Shown: piece by piece, positions 9,154 to 19,920 of the stretch
Numbering within the stretch: the first letter of the stretch is position 1
Layout: every line of letters starts with the position of its first letter
Source: Pseudonocardiaceae bacterium
GTDB taxonomy: Bacteria > Actinomycetota > Actinomycetes > Mycobacteriales > Pseudonocardiaceae
Assembly: GCA_050699435.1 (NCBI GenBank)
Contig: JBOHGM010000007.1
Coordinates: forward strand, 3,928-67,927
Length of the DNA stretch: 64,000 nt
Direction: 5' to 3'
Translations under genes and position numbers: made by a program
Notes under the pieces: model-generated
Seen by the model: only the letters and a program-made list of their open reading frames with translations
The model's database searches: none
What the model was told of the DNA's origin: nothing

Positions 9154-10110
9154 GTGAACCGACGGGCCAACGTGAACCGATTAGGACGCGCCGCCGCTGG
9201 CGTTGCCGTACTCGGTGCCGCCGGGATGGGGTACGCCGCAGGCGTCGAACGCCGCCGCTGGACACTGCGCCAGGCCACCCTGCCGGTGCTGCCAGCGGGC
9301 GCGCCGCCGCTGCGCATCCTGCACATCTCAGACCTGCACATGACACCCGGCCAGCTCGCCAAGCAGCGCTGGCTGGCGACCCTGGCCGACCTGCAGCCCG
9401 ACCTGGTGGTGAACACCGGAGACAACCTGGCGCATCTGCGGGCCGTGCCTGCCGTGCTGGGTGCCCTCGCACCGCTTTTGGCCCTGCCCGGGGTGTTCGT
9501 CTTCGGTAGTAACGACTACTACGCGCCGAAGCCGAAGAACCCGGCTCGTTACCTGACCCGCACCCGCGGCAAGTACGTCCGCGGCGCACCGCTGCCGTGG
9601 CGGGACCTGCGGGCCGGGCTCGTCGAGCACGGCTGGCTCGACCTGACGCACTCCCGCCGCGAGCTACAGATCGCCGGACGGCGGGTGGTCGCCGCCGGGG
9701 TGGACGATCCGCACCTGCGGCGGGATCGCTACGACCGGATCGCCGGACGGGCCCATCCCGCCGCCGACCTCCGGCTCGGCCTGACGCACTCCCCGGAACC
9801 GCGGGTGCTCGACTCCTTCGCCGCCGACGGCTACGACCTCGTGCTGGCCGGTCATACCCACGGCGGCCAACTGCGGCTACCCGGATACGGCGCGATCGTG
9901 ACCAACTGCGGGCTGGACCGCTCGCGGGCGCGGGGCGCGTCCCGGTGGGGCGCGTATACCTGGCTGCACGTCTCGGCGGGCCTCGGCACATCCCCCTATG
10001 CGCCGGTACGTTTCGCCTGCCCGCCGGAGGCGAGCCTGCTCACGCTGGTGCCACGGGGCAGCGACACCGGCGTACCGGCCAGTGCCTGGACGGCCGCCGG
10101 CGTCGGCTAG
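9154..10110 (+). CDS. metallophosphoesterase (Rv3683-like)
   Basis: Calcineurin-like motifs: [21 protein letters not shown]. It follows the ponA-like gene, as in mycobacterial synteny. Confidence 0.85.
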   Translation: MNRRANVNRLGRAAAGVAVLGAAGMGYAAGVERRRWTLRQATLPVLPAGAPPLRILHISDLHMTPGQLAKQRWLATLADLQPDLVVNTGDNLAHLRAVPAVLGALAPLLALPGVFVFGSNDYYAPKPKNPARYLTRTRGKYVRGAPLPWRDLRAGLVEHGWLDLTHSRRELQIAGRRVVAAGVDDPHLRRDRYDRIAGRAHPAADLRLGLTHSPEPRVLDSFAADGYDLVLAGHTHGGQLRLPGYGAIVTNCGLDRSRARGASRWGAYTWLHVSAGLGTSPYAPVRFACPPEASLLTLVPRGSDTGVPASAWTAAGVG

Positions 10111-10124
10111 ACTTCTCGAGGTCG

Positions 10125-11053
<929 letters not shown>

Positions 11054-12139
11054 CTTGGTGTCATAGGGTGAGTGCACCACCAAGAATGATACCCTATCGA
11101 CCGTCCAGTCATAAGAAGAATGGAGACGCCGCCCGTGCGTGATGCGGAGATTCTTGCCGAAGAGCGAGAAATCATCTCTCGGGAGCTTGCCGCCGGCCGT
11201 TCGCGCCGGTCGATTGGGCGGCTGCTGAACAGACACCACACTGTGGTGTCACGGGAAGTCGCCCGGAATGGCGGCTACTCGGCGTATCGGGCGATCCCCG
11301 CCCAGCGGCAAGCAGACAAAAACCGTGCACGCCCGAAACCCCGATTACTGGAGACGAACACGGCGTTGCACGACGCAGTGAACGCCGGCTTGAAACAGAA
11401 ATGATCACCCATCAGCGAGCGGTTGCCCCGGGACTTCCCACAGACCACACTATGCGAGTGTCTCACGAAACGATTTACGAGTGCCTGTACCTGCAGGCAC
11501 GTGGCGAGTTACGCACCCAGCTCACACTCGCCCTACGACAAGGCCGCACACGTCGAGTCAGCCGGTCCCGGACGACCGTGGCCAGGAGAAAGATCCCCAA
11601 CATGATCAACATCAGCGAGCGCCCCGTCGAGGCCGAGGACCGCGCGGTACCGGGGTTCTGGGAGGGCGATCTCATCATCGGCAAAGGCGGCAAGTCCCAG
11701 ATCTCCACCCTCGTCGAACGCACGAGCCGATACGTCATGCTCGTGAAGATCCCCTACGACCGCACCGCCGACCGCGTCGCCACGCTCCTGGCCCAAAAAA
11801 TGGAGACCCTTCCCGACTTCCTCCGCAACAGCGTGACCTGGGACCAGGGAAAAGAGATGGCCGAGCACGCAAACTTCACCGTCAAGACCGGCATCGACGT
11901 CTATTTCTGCGATCCACACGCACCCTGGCAACGCGGCAGCAACGAGAACACGAACGGGCTCCTGCGCCAGTATTTCCCCAAAGGGACCGACCTGTCGGGT
12001 TACACGCAGGCCGAACTCGACGCAGTCGCCGATGAACTCAACAACCGTCCACGTGAGACACTCGGCTGGCTGAAGCCAACCGAAGTACTCAATAAACTCC
12101 TGGTCGAGGCTGGTGGTGCACCCACCACTTGACACCAAG
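11054..12139 (+). mobile_element. IS30-family insertion sequence (1086 bp) with about 28-bp imperfect terminal inverted repeats
   Basis: The left end at 11054-11081 is CTTGGTGTCATAGGGTGAGTGCACCACC. The reverse complement of the right end at 12112-12139 is CTTGGTGTCAAGTGGTGGGTGCACCACC. These ends bracket the transposase reading frames. Confidence 0.8.
11120..12132 (+). pseudogene. IS30-family transposase, inactivated (TGA replacing the expected Trp codon at 11402-11404, plus a frameshift near 11440)
   Basis: The N-terminal HTH part reads LAEEREIISRELAAGRSRRSIGRLLNRHHTVVSREVARNGG...LKQK*. The expected KQKWSP motif is read as KQK-TGA-SP. The DDE part is in another frame: MRVSHETIYECLY...GFWEGDLIIGK...VTWDQGKEMAEH...PHAPWQRGSNENTNGLLRQYFPKGTDL. 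Confidence 0.8.
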
Positions 12140-13035
12140 CTCTGCAAACCACCTTGCGTTCTTTCGCGCAGCTCGTCTTCCAGTTCTCTTCGAAGCATGT
12201 TTAGGCGAAAGACGTCTGCATAGCTCCGAACGAAGTACGTGTACGTCACTCTTCTCTTGAGGTTCTGTACCATCGCATTCTTCACATCGGGACTCTTGTC
12301 GCCGAGGAAGTTCGCCGCGATGACCCAGAACTCCGGGCAGGTCATCTCCCAACGAGCAAGGTCGGCGACCGACTTGAAGTCCTTGCGCCTGAGCTCGTCG
12401 TCCCGTCTCCAGATCCCCAGCACCTGCTCCACCAGTGTGCGGAGGGTGGCCTCTACGCCCCGCTCGTGAAGCTCCGTAAGGAATTTCCGCAAACGAGCAT
12501 CTCCGTCCTTGGCATAGTGCTCGTAGTCCGACCAATCGGCGAATTGGTTAGAGCGATAGGCCCAGGCATTTTCCTTCTCAAAGAGGAACCAGCCGCCGAT
12601 ATTCTGTCCCTTCGGCATGTCCTCGGCCGGGTCCAGCGGTGGAAATGGGTCCTTCTTCGGAATGTCAATCGCATGGTGGATCTCGATCGGAAAAGTGCTG
12701 AGCCGCGGGTAGTCGCACTCGTCTGACAACTTCCAAAGGTCGGGAGGATCAGAGATCAGCTCAACCTCTGTCCAGACGCCGTCCTCGTCGATGGTCGCGA
12801 CGACGCGCTCGAGCTCGACAACCGGGCCGGTCTTGCGGGTGACCACGGTGATGATGTGTTTGAGTGTGTCGATTGCTTCGGGGCTCAGCTTCGAACCCGC
12901 ACCCAGCATCGTGGTGGAGAATACCGAGAAATCTTCGTTCTCCAGGGGACCCGGCGTATGATAGCGATAGGTTTCGTCGAAGTCCGGATCGTCCCGCTGA
13001 GGGCCAGGAACAGGTTCTCCTGTGATGCGATTCAC
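12140..13035 (-). CDS. uncharacterised protein, 3'-truncated by the IS30 end (about 298 codons remain)
   Basis: The frame of ORF 11533-13035 is coding-like only down to the IS boundary at 12139/12140. It reads VNRITGEPVPGPQRDDPDFDETYRYHTPGPLENEDF...FLFEKENAWAYRSNQFADWSDYEHYAKDGD...RLNMLRRELEDELRERTQGGLQSL. No family recognised. G+C counted in sampled 60-nt lines is about 48-57%. Confidence 0.55.
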
Positions 13036-13627
13036 CTTTGCTGGGAAACTTCGGCCCTAGCTCCTCTATCAAGCTCTCGATGTGCGCCTGATCGTCTCCG
13101 TCGATATGCACGTGGAATGTACCGAGCTTGCGAAAGTCACCTGGTTGAAGGTGCTGCGACCCGATGCCTGGCACTCGTTCCCGTAGGAGCTTGATCAGCT
13201 CCTCCACGTCGGCTTCGAAGCGCCTGTCCGATAGCCCTATCGCGTGGTGTCGAGCGAGCTTCCGAAGTGGATCCGGCAGCTCAGTCTCGGCTGGCATCGT
13301 AGCGTCCTCAACCAGCACCGGCACGACCAGCGTGCCGTGCTCCAGCGCAGTCGCGATCTCAAGCCGCACCCAGTCTGCGGGATCGTCGATACGGCGTCGG
13401 TGCTGGGAATCCCCCATCGTCGCCCAATGGTCACCGATGAGTGCGACGACGACCTTGGCGGAGGCCACCGCATCCTCGATCCAACTCGGAAAATCGGCGC
13501 CACCGGGAATGGTGTAGATGTCCCGAAAGACCTTGTCCTTGCCGAAGATGTTGGTAAGCCGGTCGTACAACCGCCCTGCGACGTCCTTCGTTTCGTCGCG
13601 CCGGTAGCTAATGAAGATACTGCTCAT
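12761..13627 (-). CDS. TIR-domain protein (TIR_2-like); the last 90 or so codons overlap the next ORF out of frame and look non-native
   Basis: The ATG at 13627 is preceded by GGGGGG. The product reads MSSIFISYRRDETKDVAGRLYDRL...KVFRDIYTIPGGADFPSWIEDAVASAKVVVALIGDHW...DWVRLEIATALEHGTLVVPVLVEDATMP, a bacterial TIR pattern that includes the W-x3-E glutamate. After about codon 195 the frame becomes Arg/His-rich junk while running over ORF 11533-13035. Confidence 0.72.
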   Translation of the reverse strand: MSSIFISYRRDETKDVAGRLYDRLTNIFGKDKVFRDIYTIPGGADFPSWIEDAVASAKVVVALIGDHWATMGDSQHRRRIDDPADWVRLEIATALEHGTLVVPVLVEDATMPAETELPDPLRKLARHHAIGLSDRRFEADVEELIKLLRERVPGIGSQHLQPGDFRKLGTFHVHIDGDDQAHIESLIEELGPKFPSKGESHHRRTCSWPSAGRSGLRRNLSLSYAGSPGERRFLGILHHDAGCGFEAEPRSNRHTQTHHHRGHPQDRPGCRARARRRDHRRGRRLDRG

Positions 13628-13824
13628 TGCTGCCCCCCTGATCCAGTCCCGCCAACCACGAACGCCCGCCAACGCGAACGACAGTGCAGGTCAAGTACAT
13701 CACCATGACGTGGTCTCTGCCATGGCGCGGAGCCACTGACCACGACGACCTGGCCCATCGGGCGGCCAGAGCGAGCGGAGCTGCGCGCCAGGCGACTGGA
13801 CCTGGCACCGCGTGCGGGTGGCCG

Positions 13825-14083
13825 TCAGGTGGTCCAGCGTCGCACGCGCTTCTTCGACGCGCCGCGCAGCGCAGGGTCGTACCTGCGCTGCGCCGCCTCA
13901 CCGCGGGAGCGTTCGAGCCCGTGCAGCAGCCCGAAGGTGAACCCGTTCTCGCCGGAGAGGTGTGCGACGACGCCGAGCTGCCGCAGCGCATCGCGGGTGA
14001 CCACGCTGTCCTGGTGCGGCGCGGGCAGCGCGGTCGACCCGGAAAGCGGCACGAGCGACCAGTCTGGGCAGCTTGCGTTTGGC
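13825..14083 (-). pseudogene. partial duplicate of the 3' end of the CYTH-CHAD gene, with an internal deletion of about 165 bp
   Basis: 13825-14014 aligns base-for-base, with a few mismatches, to 15261-15450. It encodes ...QDSVVTRDALRQLGVVAHLSGENGFTFGLLHGLERSRGEAAQRRYDPALRGASKKRVRRWTT. 14018-14083 aligns to 15617-15682. Confidence 0.85.
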
Positions 14084-14205
14084 ACGCCCTCGGGTATCTG
14101 GACCCGCTTGTGACCGCTGTTACCGGAGTATCGGCAGTATTGACTACTCTGCGGGGTCGTTCGGTTGTGCACTGCTACCCCGTTCAGAGCTACCCTCCGA
14201 TATAT

Positions 14206-14224
14206 TTAGGGAAGCCTGGCCTGA
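14206..14224 (+). promoter_or_regulatory. possible IdeR/DmdR-type iron box upstream of the siderophore-binding protein gene
   Basis: TTAGGGAAGCCTGGCCTGA matches the TTAGGTTAGGCTAACCTAA consensus at 13 of 19 positions by hand alignment. It ends 17 nt before the ATG at 14241. This is a weak match. Confidence 0.3.
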
Positions 14225-14240
14225 CCGCGGAAGGAGTGCA

Positions 14241-15194
14241 ATGCGACAACCCCGTCAGCTGATCGTTGCTGTGATCGCGATGATGGCCCTGATGGTGGGC
14301 GGCTGCGCCGGCTCGGGGGCTGAGCCGGGCGCCGCAGGCGGTGCGCCGAACGGTACCGAGGGCACCACCCGGGTCGTCCAGCACGCTATGGGCAGCACCG
14401 AGATCACCGGTACGCCGCAGCGCGTGGTCGTGCTCGACACCGGGGAGCTCGACTCGGTTATCGCCCTCGGGGTCACTCCGGTCGGGGCGGTCCGCGCCGA
14501 TGCCACCTCTGGGCTGCAGTCCTACCTGGTGGATCGGGTCCGCCAGGTAGAGATGGTCGGCGCCATCAACGAGCCGAACCTGGAGGCGATCGCCGTATTG
14601 CAACCGGACTTGATCCTGTCTAACAAGGTGCGCCATGAGGACATCTACGACCAGCTGAGCGGGATCGCCCCCACGGTGTTCGCCGAATCGGTCGGAGTGG
14701 CCTGGAAGGAGAACTTCCTGCTCGCCGGTGAGGCGCTGGGCAAGCGGGCGGAGGCGGAGCGCATTCTCGCGGACTACGAACAGCAGGCGCAGCAGGTCGG
14801 CCAGCAGTTCGGTGACCCATCCGCGGTACAGGTCAGCATGGTCCGGTTCATGCCGGGCAGCATCCGGCTCTACGGGCAGGGCTCCTTCATCGGGACCATC
14901 CTGGACGACGCTGGCTTCTCCCGCCCCGAGCCCCAGCAGGTCGACAAGACCTTCGTCGAGATCAGCCGGGAGCAGCTTTCCCTGGCCGACGGCGACCTGC
15001 TCTTTTACGCTGCCTATGGGTCAACTGGCAAGACCGAACAGGGCCAGCTCACGGCAGGTCCCCTGTGGCAGAAGCTGGGCGCGGTGTCCGAAAGCCGGGC
15101 ACACCAGGTATCGGACGACCTGTGGTACCTGGGCATTGGCCCGATCGCAGCTGATCTCGTCCTGAACGACCTGAGGGGGTACGCGACCCAGTAG
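14241..15194 (+). CDS. iron-siderophore ABC transporter substrate-binding lipoprotein (FepB/FhuD-like)
   Basis: GGAAGGAG precedes the ATG. The signal peptide has a lipobox (MALMVGGCAG). Periplasmic-binding-protein pattern: VVVLDTGELDSVIALGVTPVG, LQPDLILS. No permease or ATPase gene is adjacent. Confidence 0.85.
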   Translation: MRQPRQLIVAVIAMMALMVGGCAGSGAEPGAAGGAPNGTEGTTRVVQHAMGSTEITGTPQRVVVLDTGELDSVIALGVTPVGAVRADATSGLQSYLVDRVRQVEMVGAINEPNLEAIAVLQPDLILSNKVRHEDIYDQLSGIAPTVFAESVGVAWKENFLLAGEALGKRAEAERILADYEQQAQQVGQQFGDPSAVQVSMVRFMPGSIRLYGQGSFIGTILDDAGFSRPEPQQVDKTFVEISREQLSLADGDLLFYAAYGSTGKTEQGQLTAGPLWQKLGAVSESRAHQVSDDLWYLGIGPIAADLVLNDLRGYATQ

Positions 15195-15206
15195 GGTGCT
15201 CCGCCC

Positions 15207-15224
15207 GGCAGGGCTCGCCCTGCC
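15207..15224. terminator. GC-rich hairpin between convergent genes (putative bidirectional terminator)
   Basis: ggcagggCTCGccctgcc lies between the stop at 15194 (+) and the stop at 15261 (-). There is no clear U-tract. Confidence 0.3.
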
Positions 15225-15260
15225 TTGGTGCCGCATGATCAGGCCCGGGGGCCGGCCGGG

Positions 15261-16781
15261 TCAGGTGGTCCAGCGTCGCACGCGCTTCTTCGACGTGGCG
15301 CGCAGCGCAGGGTCGTAGCTGCGCTGCGCCGCCTCACCGCGGGCGCGTTCGAGCCCGTGCAGCAGCCCGAAGGTGAACCCGTTCTCGCCGGAGAGGTGTG
15401 CGACGACGCCGAGCTGACGCAGCGCATCGCGGGCGACCACGCTGTCCTGGTGCTCGCCGAGCACCTCCTGTAGGTGTTCCATCCGCTTGGCGAGCCGCTT
15501 CGCCGGTTTGCCGAGCACCGAGGCGACCGATTCGGCGGCATAGCGTGCCCGCTTGGCCGCCTTGCGTACCTCGTGCAGCAGTTCCTCGCGTTGCCCTTCG
15601 GTGGCGGCCGCGTCGGCGGCGCGGGCAGCGCGGTCGACCCGGGAAGCGGCACGAGCGACCAGTCTGGGCAGCTTGCGTTTGGCGCGCTTGCGGGCTGGCG
15701 TGGTGAGCGGCGGGTCAGTCACGAGTTCGTCGAGGACGTCGAGTAGCCGCCGGTAGCGCTCGTCGTCGAGAGCCTCGATCAGGTGCTGGTGCCCGGTGCG
15801 GTGCCGCGCACCCAGCTCCAGGTCGATGCGTCGCAGCACCGGGCCAAGTGTCAAGTCGCCAGGCTGCTCCTCGGCCAGTCGACGCAGCCGGTCATGCAGC
15901 ACCTCGGCGTCGCGAGGTTCGCCGAGCGCTCCGCCGAGCCAGCGCAGCTCGTCCCGGACGGGATCGGTGCGCTCCCGGTCGAGCAGCGGGCGGTAGGTCG
16001 CCAGCGCGCTGCGCAACCGCCGGGCCGCGACACGCATCTTGTGCACGGCATCGGGCTCGTCGACGCGCGCGCCACGCTCGCGTGCGACCAGCTCTCCGAC
16101 CTGCTCGCGCAGATGCGCAACGGCGACGTCACCGGCATGCGAGCGCAGCGAGAGGTCAGCGTGCCTGTGCTGCCCAGGGACCAGGTCGCCGAGGGTGCGC
16201 TGGAGTTTGGACGCCGACGCGGACCGGGTCAGGCCTGCGGACTCCAGGCTGGCGCTCACTGCCTCCAGCAGCGCCTGGTCGCCGCCGACGAGTTCGACCT
16301 CCACCTCCCGCCATGCGGACACGTCGACCGAACCCTCGCGCAGCCGCTTGGCGTGCACGGTGTCGTCGGCGACAATGGCCAGGTCGTCGCCGACGGGGTC
16401 GAGCAGGCGCTGTTCGCGCCGGATCGTGCGCAGCAGCGCTACCGGGACGAGATCTTCCCCACGGCTCAGCCCGCGTACCTCCTTCGCCAGGGCCTTGGGC
16501 ACCCGGTGCGTGGCGCGCTTCAGCGGCAGCCTGATCTCGGTGCGCTGCTCGCTCCCAGCGGGGAGCTTCAGATGCCAGCCTTGGTCGGCGCCACCGGTTC
16601 GCCGTCGCAACGTGGTGCAGTGGGCGGCTAACCGCACGTCCGGGGTGTCGAAGTAGGTGGCCTCCAAGATGGTCTCGGCCGGATCTGTGACCGTGGCGAC
16701 ACCCTCGATGCTGGATAAGTCGGGGAGCGGGGTAGCAGCATCAGTGTCGAACTTGCGCTCGATCTCGGACAAGCGGCCCAT
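15261..16781 (-). CDS. CYTH and CHAD domain-containing protein
   Basis: 506 aa. The N-terminus is CYTH-like (EIERKFDTD...LRRRTGGADQGWHLKLP). The C-terminus is helical and His/Arg-rich in the CHAD style (VHKMRVAARRLRSAL, LHEVRKAAKRARYAAE). Confidence 0.85.
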   Translation of the reverse strand: MGRLSEIERKFDTDAATPLPDLSSIEGVATVTDPAETILEATYFDTPDVRLAAHCTTLRRRTGGADQGWHLKLPAGSEQRTEIRLPLKRATHRVPKALAKEVRGLSRGEDLVPVALLRTIRREQRLLDPVGDDLAIVADDTVHAKRLREGSVDVSAWREVEVELVGGDQALLEAVSASLESAGLTRSASASKLQRTLGDLVPGQHRHADLSLRSHAGDVAVAHLREQVGELVARERGARVDEPDAVHKMRVAARRLRSALATYRPLLDRERTDPVRDELRWLGGALGEPRDAEVLHDRLRRLAEEQPGDLTLGPVLRRIDLELGARHRTGHQHLIEALDDERYRRLLDVLDELVTDPPLTTPARKRAKRKLPRLVARAASRVDRAARAADAAATEGQREELLHEVRKAAKRARYAAESVASVLGKPAKRLAKRMEHLQEVLGEHQDSVVARDALRQLGVVAHLSGENGFTFGLLHGLERARGEAAQRSYDPALRATSKKRVRRWTT

Positions 16782-17029
16782 GGACCATACCTACCTCAGG
16801 GACCGGGGGAACGCGAACGCGCGTCCGCCCTACGTCTGCGGTGTCATGCCTGCAGCCGGCCACTGACATGACCTCCGATGCGGTCGGTCTGGACCGCCAT
16901 GGTGCGAGAACGGCCAGGCCTGCCCCGATGTTCCCCCGGATGAGTGAGGGGCCTGGGATTGGGCCTGAGAACGTGTACTCTTCTCGGGTCCGGACCACCC
17001 CGCCCCAGGGAGATCCCGAGTGACGCACT

Positions 17030-17713
17030 ATGACAGCGCGCCGTCGTAGGAAGTCCGGGTCCGGTCCCTCCGCCACCGCGTTGATCGCATGGGTCGGAGG
17101 CACCGGGATTGGATCCGATCACGTCGCGGGTGCCGCCGCATCGGGTGGGGCGTCGGCGGTAGCCATCGATGGGCGTGTACCTCTCATCGGCCGAGCCCGC
17201 GGCCTCGCGGCGGGAGCTCTACTGGCCTGTGGGTCCGTACTCGGGGTAACCGTGCACGCGACGGACAGTTCCGGGCCGCAGGAGGGCGGCCCTAGGCTCG
17301 TTACGGTCGGCCCGGGCGTCGTGTCCGGCGGCTTCGGCGCCACACCGCTCGCCGCCCGTTCGGCGGCACCAGCTGTGACCAGTGCCCAGGCCTTCACGGG
17401 AACCGCTATCCCGCCCAGGCCCGTGCATCGCAACGTTCCGCTCGACGTGAACGTGCCACGCGCAGCGCCGTCTGAAACGAAGGTGCCAGCCCCGCTGGCC
17501 GTGCCGGGCGCGAATCAGGGTCAGGCCGCGGAGCGCGACCCGGTCGAGCGCACCGTCGCGCAGGCCCTCCCGGCTACCCAGGGCGTGCTGGCGTCGGTCC
17601 CGGAGGTGCGCGCGCCACTGGACGAACTGGCCCAACTCGCCCAGGCAGTCGCGCCACTCGAGGAGGGGACCCAACCGGGGATGGCGATGCTGTCCCCGCT
17701 CCCACCGGGCTGA
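17030..17713 (+). CDS. hypothetical Ala/Pro-rich, possibly secreted protein
   Basis: 227-aa ORF in an otherwise unassigned gap. It has a hydrophobic segment (GLAAGALLACGSVLGV). No motif recognised, and the composition is also compatible with non-coding high-GC DNA. Confidence 0.3.
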   Translation: MTARRRRKSGSGPSATALIAWVGGTGIGSDHVAGAAASGGASAVAIDGRVPLIGRARGLAAGALLACGSVLGVTVHATDSSGPQEGGPRLVTVGPGVVSGGFGATPLAARSAAPAVTSAQAFTGTAIPPRPVHRNVPLDVNVPRAAPSETKVPAPLAVPGANQGQAAERDPVERTVAQALPATQGVLASVPEVRAPLDELAQLAQAVAPLEEGTQPGMAMLSPLPPG

Positions 17714-17862
17714 CTGCGCGCCTAGCCAACCGGGCCCGGACCGGGCGCGCTGGCCAAGTAGCGGGCAAACCCCCTGCTGGCGGCAGAACCCGCAGGAGGT
17801 CAAGGGACGTACCTCGATAGCATCGAGGCGTACCCGGTCGCCCTAGCTTTCGAGGAGCACTC

Positions 17863-19920
17863 GTGCCTGCGCCGCCCCAGCCAGTCCGGCCCGCTCCGCG
17901 CGTGACGGTGCCGGCGGGGACCACCGCAGGGCAGGCGTTGCGCGACGCCGGGGCGGCAGGCAGCGGCCCCGACGCGGTGATCGTGGCGCGGGACGCCGAG
18001 GGCACGCTGCGCGACTTGGCCTGGACGCCGCAGACCGATATCGAGGTCGAAGGGGTGGCCGCGAGCAGCCCGGACGGGCGCAGTGTCATCCGGCACTCCT
18101 GCGCCCACGTGCTCGCCCAAGCTGTTCAGCAGCATTTTCCCGAGGCCAAGCTGGGCATCGGCCCGCCGGTAACGGACGGCTTCTACTACGACTTCGAGGT
18201 CGACCGCCCGTTCACTCCCGACGATCTCGCCATCCTCGAAAAGACCATGAAGAAGATCATCAAGACGGGGCAGCGGTTCTCCCGCCGGGTGGTCGAGTCG
18301 GTCGACGCGGCGCGTGCCGAGCTCGCGGGGGAGCCGTACAAGCTCGAACTGGTGGACATCAAAGCCGACGTCGACCCCAACGAGGTCATGGAGGTCGGCG
18401 CCGGGGAGCTGACCGTATACGACAACGTGCACGCCCATACCGGCGAGACCGTCTGGGGTGACCTGTGTCGCGGTCCGCACGTGCCGACGACCAGGCATAT
18501 CCCCGCGTTCCGGCTGAGGCGCACCGCTGCCGCATACTGGCGGGGCAGCGAACGCAACCCGCAGCTGCAGCGAATCTACGGCACCGCATGGGAATCGCCT
18601 GAAGCTCTTGAGCGGCACCTGGAGCTGCTCGCCGAGGCAGGGCGGCGCGACCACCGCAGGCTTGGTGCCGAGCTGGACCTGTTCAGCTTTCCTGATGAGA
18701 TCGGCTCGGGGCTGGCGGTGTTCCACCCGCGGGGCGGCACCGTGCGCCGGGTGATGGAGGATTACTCGCGCCGACGTCACGAGGAAGCCGGCTACGAGTT
18801 CGTCTACTCGCCACACATCTCCAAGGCCCAGCTGTTCGAGACCTCTGGGCACCTGCAGTGGTACGCCGACGGGATGTTCCCGCCAATGCATCTCGACGCG
18901 GAGCTGACTGAGGACTCCGCGGTGCGTAAGCCCGGGCAGGACTACTACCTCAAGCCGATGAACTGCCCCTTCCACAACCTGGTCTACCGCTCCCGTGGCC
19001 GGTCCTACCGGGAACTTCCGCTGCGGCTGTTCGAGTTCGGCTCGGTATACCGCCACGAGAAGTCCGGTGTCATTCATGGCCTGACCCGGGTGCGCGGGAT
19101 GACCCAGGACGATGCGCACATCTACTGCACCCCTGACCAGCTGCAGGGCGAGATTCGCTCGTTGCTCGGCTTCGTGCTCGACCTGCTCCGCGACTACGGG
19201 CTGGACGACTTCTACCTGGAGCTGTCCACCCGCGACGAGGAGAAGTTCGTCGGCGCGGAGGAGCAGTGGGAGGAGGCGACCGAGGCGCTTGCGCAGGCGG
19301 CCGGGGCCAGCGGCCTGGAGCTGGTGCTCGATCCCGGCGGGGCGGCCTTCTACGCGCCTAAGATCTCGGTGCAAGCCAAGGACGCGCTTGGCCGCACCTG
19401 GCAGATGTCGACCATCCAGGTCGATCTCCAGCTGCCGGAGCGCTTCGGGCTGGAGTACACCGCCCGGGACGGCTCCCGGCAGCGCCCCTACATGATTCAC
19501 CGGGCGCTGTTCGGGTCGATCGAGCGGTTCTTCGGGGTGCTCACCGAGCACTACGCAGGCGCGTTCCCGGCCTGGCTGGCGCCGGTGCAGGTGGTGGGTA
19601 TCCCGATCGCCGACGAGCATGTCGAGCACCTGCAGCAGGTCGCCAAGGCGCTGCGGTCCCGAGGAATCCGGGTCGAGGTGGACTCCTCCGACGAGCGGAT
19701 GCAGAAGAAGATCCGGACCCACACCACCCAGAAGGTGCCTTTTCTGCTGCTTGCCGGGAGCAAGGACGTCGAAGCGGGCGCGGTGTCCTTCCGGTTCCGG
19801 GATGGCAGCCAGCTGGGCGGGGTACCGGTCGAAGGCGCGGTCACCGCTATCACCGGCTGGGTGGCGCGGCGGGAGAACTCCTCGCCGAATGCCACTGAGC
19901 TGCCGGTGGGGGAGTCGTGA
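17863..19920 (+). CDS. thrS: threonine--tRNA ligase
   Basis: 685 aa. It has an N-terminal TGS-like domain and an editing-domain HxxxH ([12 protein letters not shown]). Class II motifs: [26 protein letters not shown]. Confidence 0.97.
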   Translation: MPAPPQPVRPAPRVTVPAGTTAGQALRDAGAAGSGPDAVIVARDAEGTLRDLAWTPQTDIEVEGVAASSPDGRSVIRHSCAHVLAQAVQQHFPEAKLGIGPPVTDGFYYDFEVDRPFTPDDLAILEKTMKKIIKTGQRFSRRVVESVDAARAELAGEPYKLELVDIKADVDPNEVMEVGAGELTVYDNVHAHTGETVWGDLCRGPHVPTTRHIPAFRLRRTAAAYWRGSERNPQLQRIYGTAWESPEALERHLELLAEAGRRDHRRLGAELDLFSFPDEIGSGLAVFHPRGGTVRRVMEDYSRRRHEEAGYEFVYSPHISKAQLFETSGHLQWYADGMFPPMHLDAELTEDSAVRKPGQDYYLKPMNCPFHNLVYRSRGRSYRELPLRLFEFGSVYRHEKSGVIHGLTRVRGMTQDDAHIYCTPDQLQGEIRSLLGFVLDLLRDYGLDDFYLELSTRDEEKFVGAEEQWEEATEALAQAAGASGLELVLDPGGAAFYAPKISVQAKDALGRTWQMSTIQVDLQLPERFGLEYTARDGSRQRPYMIHRALFGSIERFFGVLTEHYAGAFPAWLAPVQVVGIPIADEHVEHLQQVAKALRSRGIRVEVDSSDERMQKKIRTHTTQKVPFLLLAGSKDVEAGAVSFRFRDGSQLGGVPVEGAVTAITGWVARRENSSPNATELPVGES

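Noticed and set aside
12761-13035. Genuine 275-nt gene overlap between the TIR gene and its partner
   Set aside because: The overlapping tail of the TIR frame is Arg/His/Gly-rich and unlike the rest of the protein. Overlaps this long are very unusual, so a frameshift or lost stop codon is the better explanation.
16782-17029. Small ORFs (60-120 aa, both strands) in the gap upstream of the CYTH-CHAD gene
   Set aside because: They overlap one another, have no RBS or motif support, and their composition is consistent with non-coding high-GC DNA.
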